A stretch of DNA of 53,833 nt from positions 1 to 53,833 of the IMG/VR virus record IMGVR_UViG_3300029787_000065; one strand, given 5' to 3'. The notes beneath the pieces are model-generated. The model was not told the origin of the DNA and did no database searches. It saw only the letters and a program-made list of their open reading frames with translations. Made by a program: the position numbers and the translations under genes. Positions 52,812 to 53,833 of this stretch are shown in pieces (position 1 is the stretch's first letter; every line of letters starts with the position of its first letter). This DNA is from a virus. Its lineage: Duplodnaviria; Caudoviricetes.

Positions 52812-53833
52812 ATGTCACATGAAGTTGAGAATATGGCCTTCGCCAACGAAGTGCCTTGGCACGGTTTAGGGCAGCAAGTCAGCAATGATATGACCCCTGC
52901 AGAGATGATGGCAGCAGCGGGATGTGATTGGGAGGTGGCATTGACACAAAACCACTACCCGCCCACCCACGAACATCACCCTAGTGAGCCGATTGAGAAC
53001 AGCCATTTTATTGAGAGGTTATCTGACGGTGCAATCTTGGGAGAATATGTTGCTGGTGATTATAAGCCAGTGCAGAACACCGAATTGTTCGATTTCTTCC
53101 AGAGCTTCATTGATGATGGTTCCATGTATTTACATACGGCGGGCAGCTTGTTTGGTGGCCGTAAAGTGTGGTGCATGGCCACGACTAAAGAGGGCTTCAT
53201 GCTCGGCAAGGATGACGAGGTGGTAAACAATTTGTTGTTCACAATCTCGCACACTGGCAAGAACAGTAACAGCGCATTGAATACACCTGTTCGCGTTGTC
53301 TGTGCCAATACCATGCGGTTGGCCATGTCACAGGCTGACGACATTGTCACCCATAACCATCGCGCCGTGTTTGATGCAGAAGCATTGAAGGTCGCGCTTG
53401 GTGTTAGCTCACAAAACTTCGGAGAGTTTGAGGAACTAGCCAAGGCGATGGCTAAGAAGGTTCTGTCAGGCGAGGAGGAAATAGACTTCTTCCGCTCCGT
53501 CTTTGGTGGCAAGGAACGCACCGACAGCAGCGGCAAGGTTATACACTCTGAAGGTGTCAGGAAAGCAATGGCATATTTCCGTGGCCAGGAGTTCAACCCA
53601 ACCGCCAGCAAGCGTAAAGAGACTAAAGATGTCACCATTGCCAAACTACAGGAACAAGTGGAGGCATTGATGGCAGGTAAAAGCCTAGAAGAGATCGAGG
53701 TCGATCCCGAATTGATCGAGGCACCCTCCGCTGCGGTCAACTATGGCTGGGATATGAAGAGTGCCAAAGGGACGCTTTGGGGTGCTTTCAATACCGTTAC
53801 CTACATGACTGACCACAAACCAGTGCGTGATCA
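52812..53833 (+). CDS. DUF932-family phage/plasmid protein, truncated by the window end (absent from ORF track)
   Basis: Hand translation MSHEVENMAFANEVPWHGLG..YKPVQN..TAGSLFGGRKVW..TPVRVVCANT..GTLWGAFNTVTYMTDH; AAGGAAAG RBS; no stop in window. Confidence 0.88.
   Translation, partial: MSHEVENMAFANEVPWHGLGQQVSNDMTPAEMMAAAGCDWEVALTQNHYPPTHEHHPSEPIENSHFIERLSDGAILGEYVAGDYKPVQNTELFDFFQSFIDDGSMYLHTAGSLFGGRKVWCMATTKEGFMLGKDDEVVNNLLFTISHTGKNSNSALNTPVRVVCANTMRLAMSQADDIVTHNHRAVFDAEALKVALGVSSQNFGEFEELAKAMAKKVLSGEEEIDFFRSVFGGKERTDSSGKVIHSEGVRKAMAYFRGQEFNPTASKRKETKDVTIAKLQEQVEALMAGKSLEEIEVDPELIEAPSAAVNYGWDMKSAKGTLWGAFNTVTYMTDHKPVRD

Noticed and set aside
53060-53740. 226-aa minus-strand ORF (and 52984..53226 + ORF)
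   Set aside because: Shadows of the recognisable DUF932 frame starting at 52812
1-53833. tRNA genes, introns, inteins, diversity-generating retroelement, recoded stop codons
   Set aside because: No cloverleaf or reverse transcriptase seen; core enzymes are of normal length and ORFs tile densely in the standard code

Overview
The window is a near-complete (~54 kb) genome of a lytic-looking podovirus, probably marine. It has no RNA polymerase gene and uses consensus sigma70 promoters. The + strand from 1.6 to 40 kb is the packaging, structural and lysis arm: TerS, small basic proteins, TerL, portal, scaffold, major capsid, adaptor and nozzle, tail fibres, large internal virion proteins, lysozyme and holin. 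The - strand from 40 to 49 kb is a T7-like replication arm: family A DNA polymerase, SSB, nucleases, gp4-like primase-helicase and class II RNR. The + strand from 49.2 kb to the end, plus 1-0.8 kb, holds small early genes, including a DenV-family protein and a DUF932 gene cut by the window edge. The layout recalls marine alphaproteobacterial phages that combine HMO-2011-type morphogenesis genes with Cobavirus-like replication genes; this is from memory, not a database result. Main signals: (1) an 801-aa protein between TerL and portal whose core has tyrosine-recombinase/protelomerase-like catalytic motifs (TGER, GQAK, KDNR, Y) and an ejection-protein-like tail; (2) a recurring [FYM]xxGGxV peptide tag in at least five late proteins, which also marks domain boundaries in a 961-aa SleB-domain protein; (3) a tandem, covarying RNA internal-loop motif (GG-CUAC-CC / GG-CC-CC) just before the scaffold RBS; (4) TTGTCAGCC repeats with exact 21-bp phasing and a GC-rich mini-hairpin element, a candidate origin or terminus; (5) back-to-back and overlapping promoters and long rod-like RNA hairpins. 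All functional calls come from reading motifs by eye; no searches were run.
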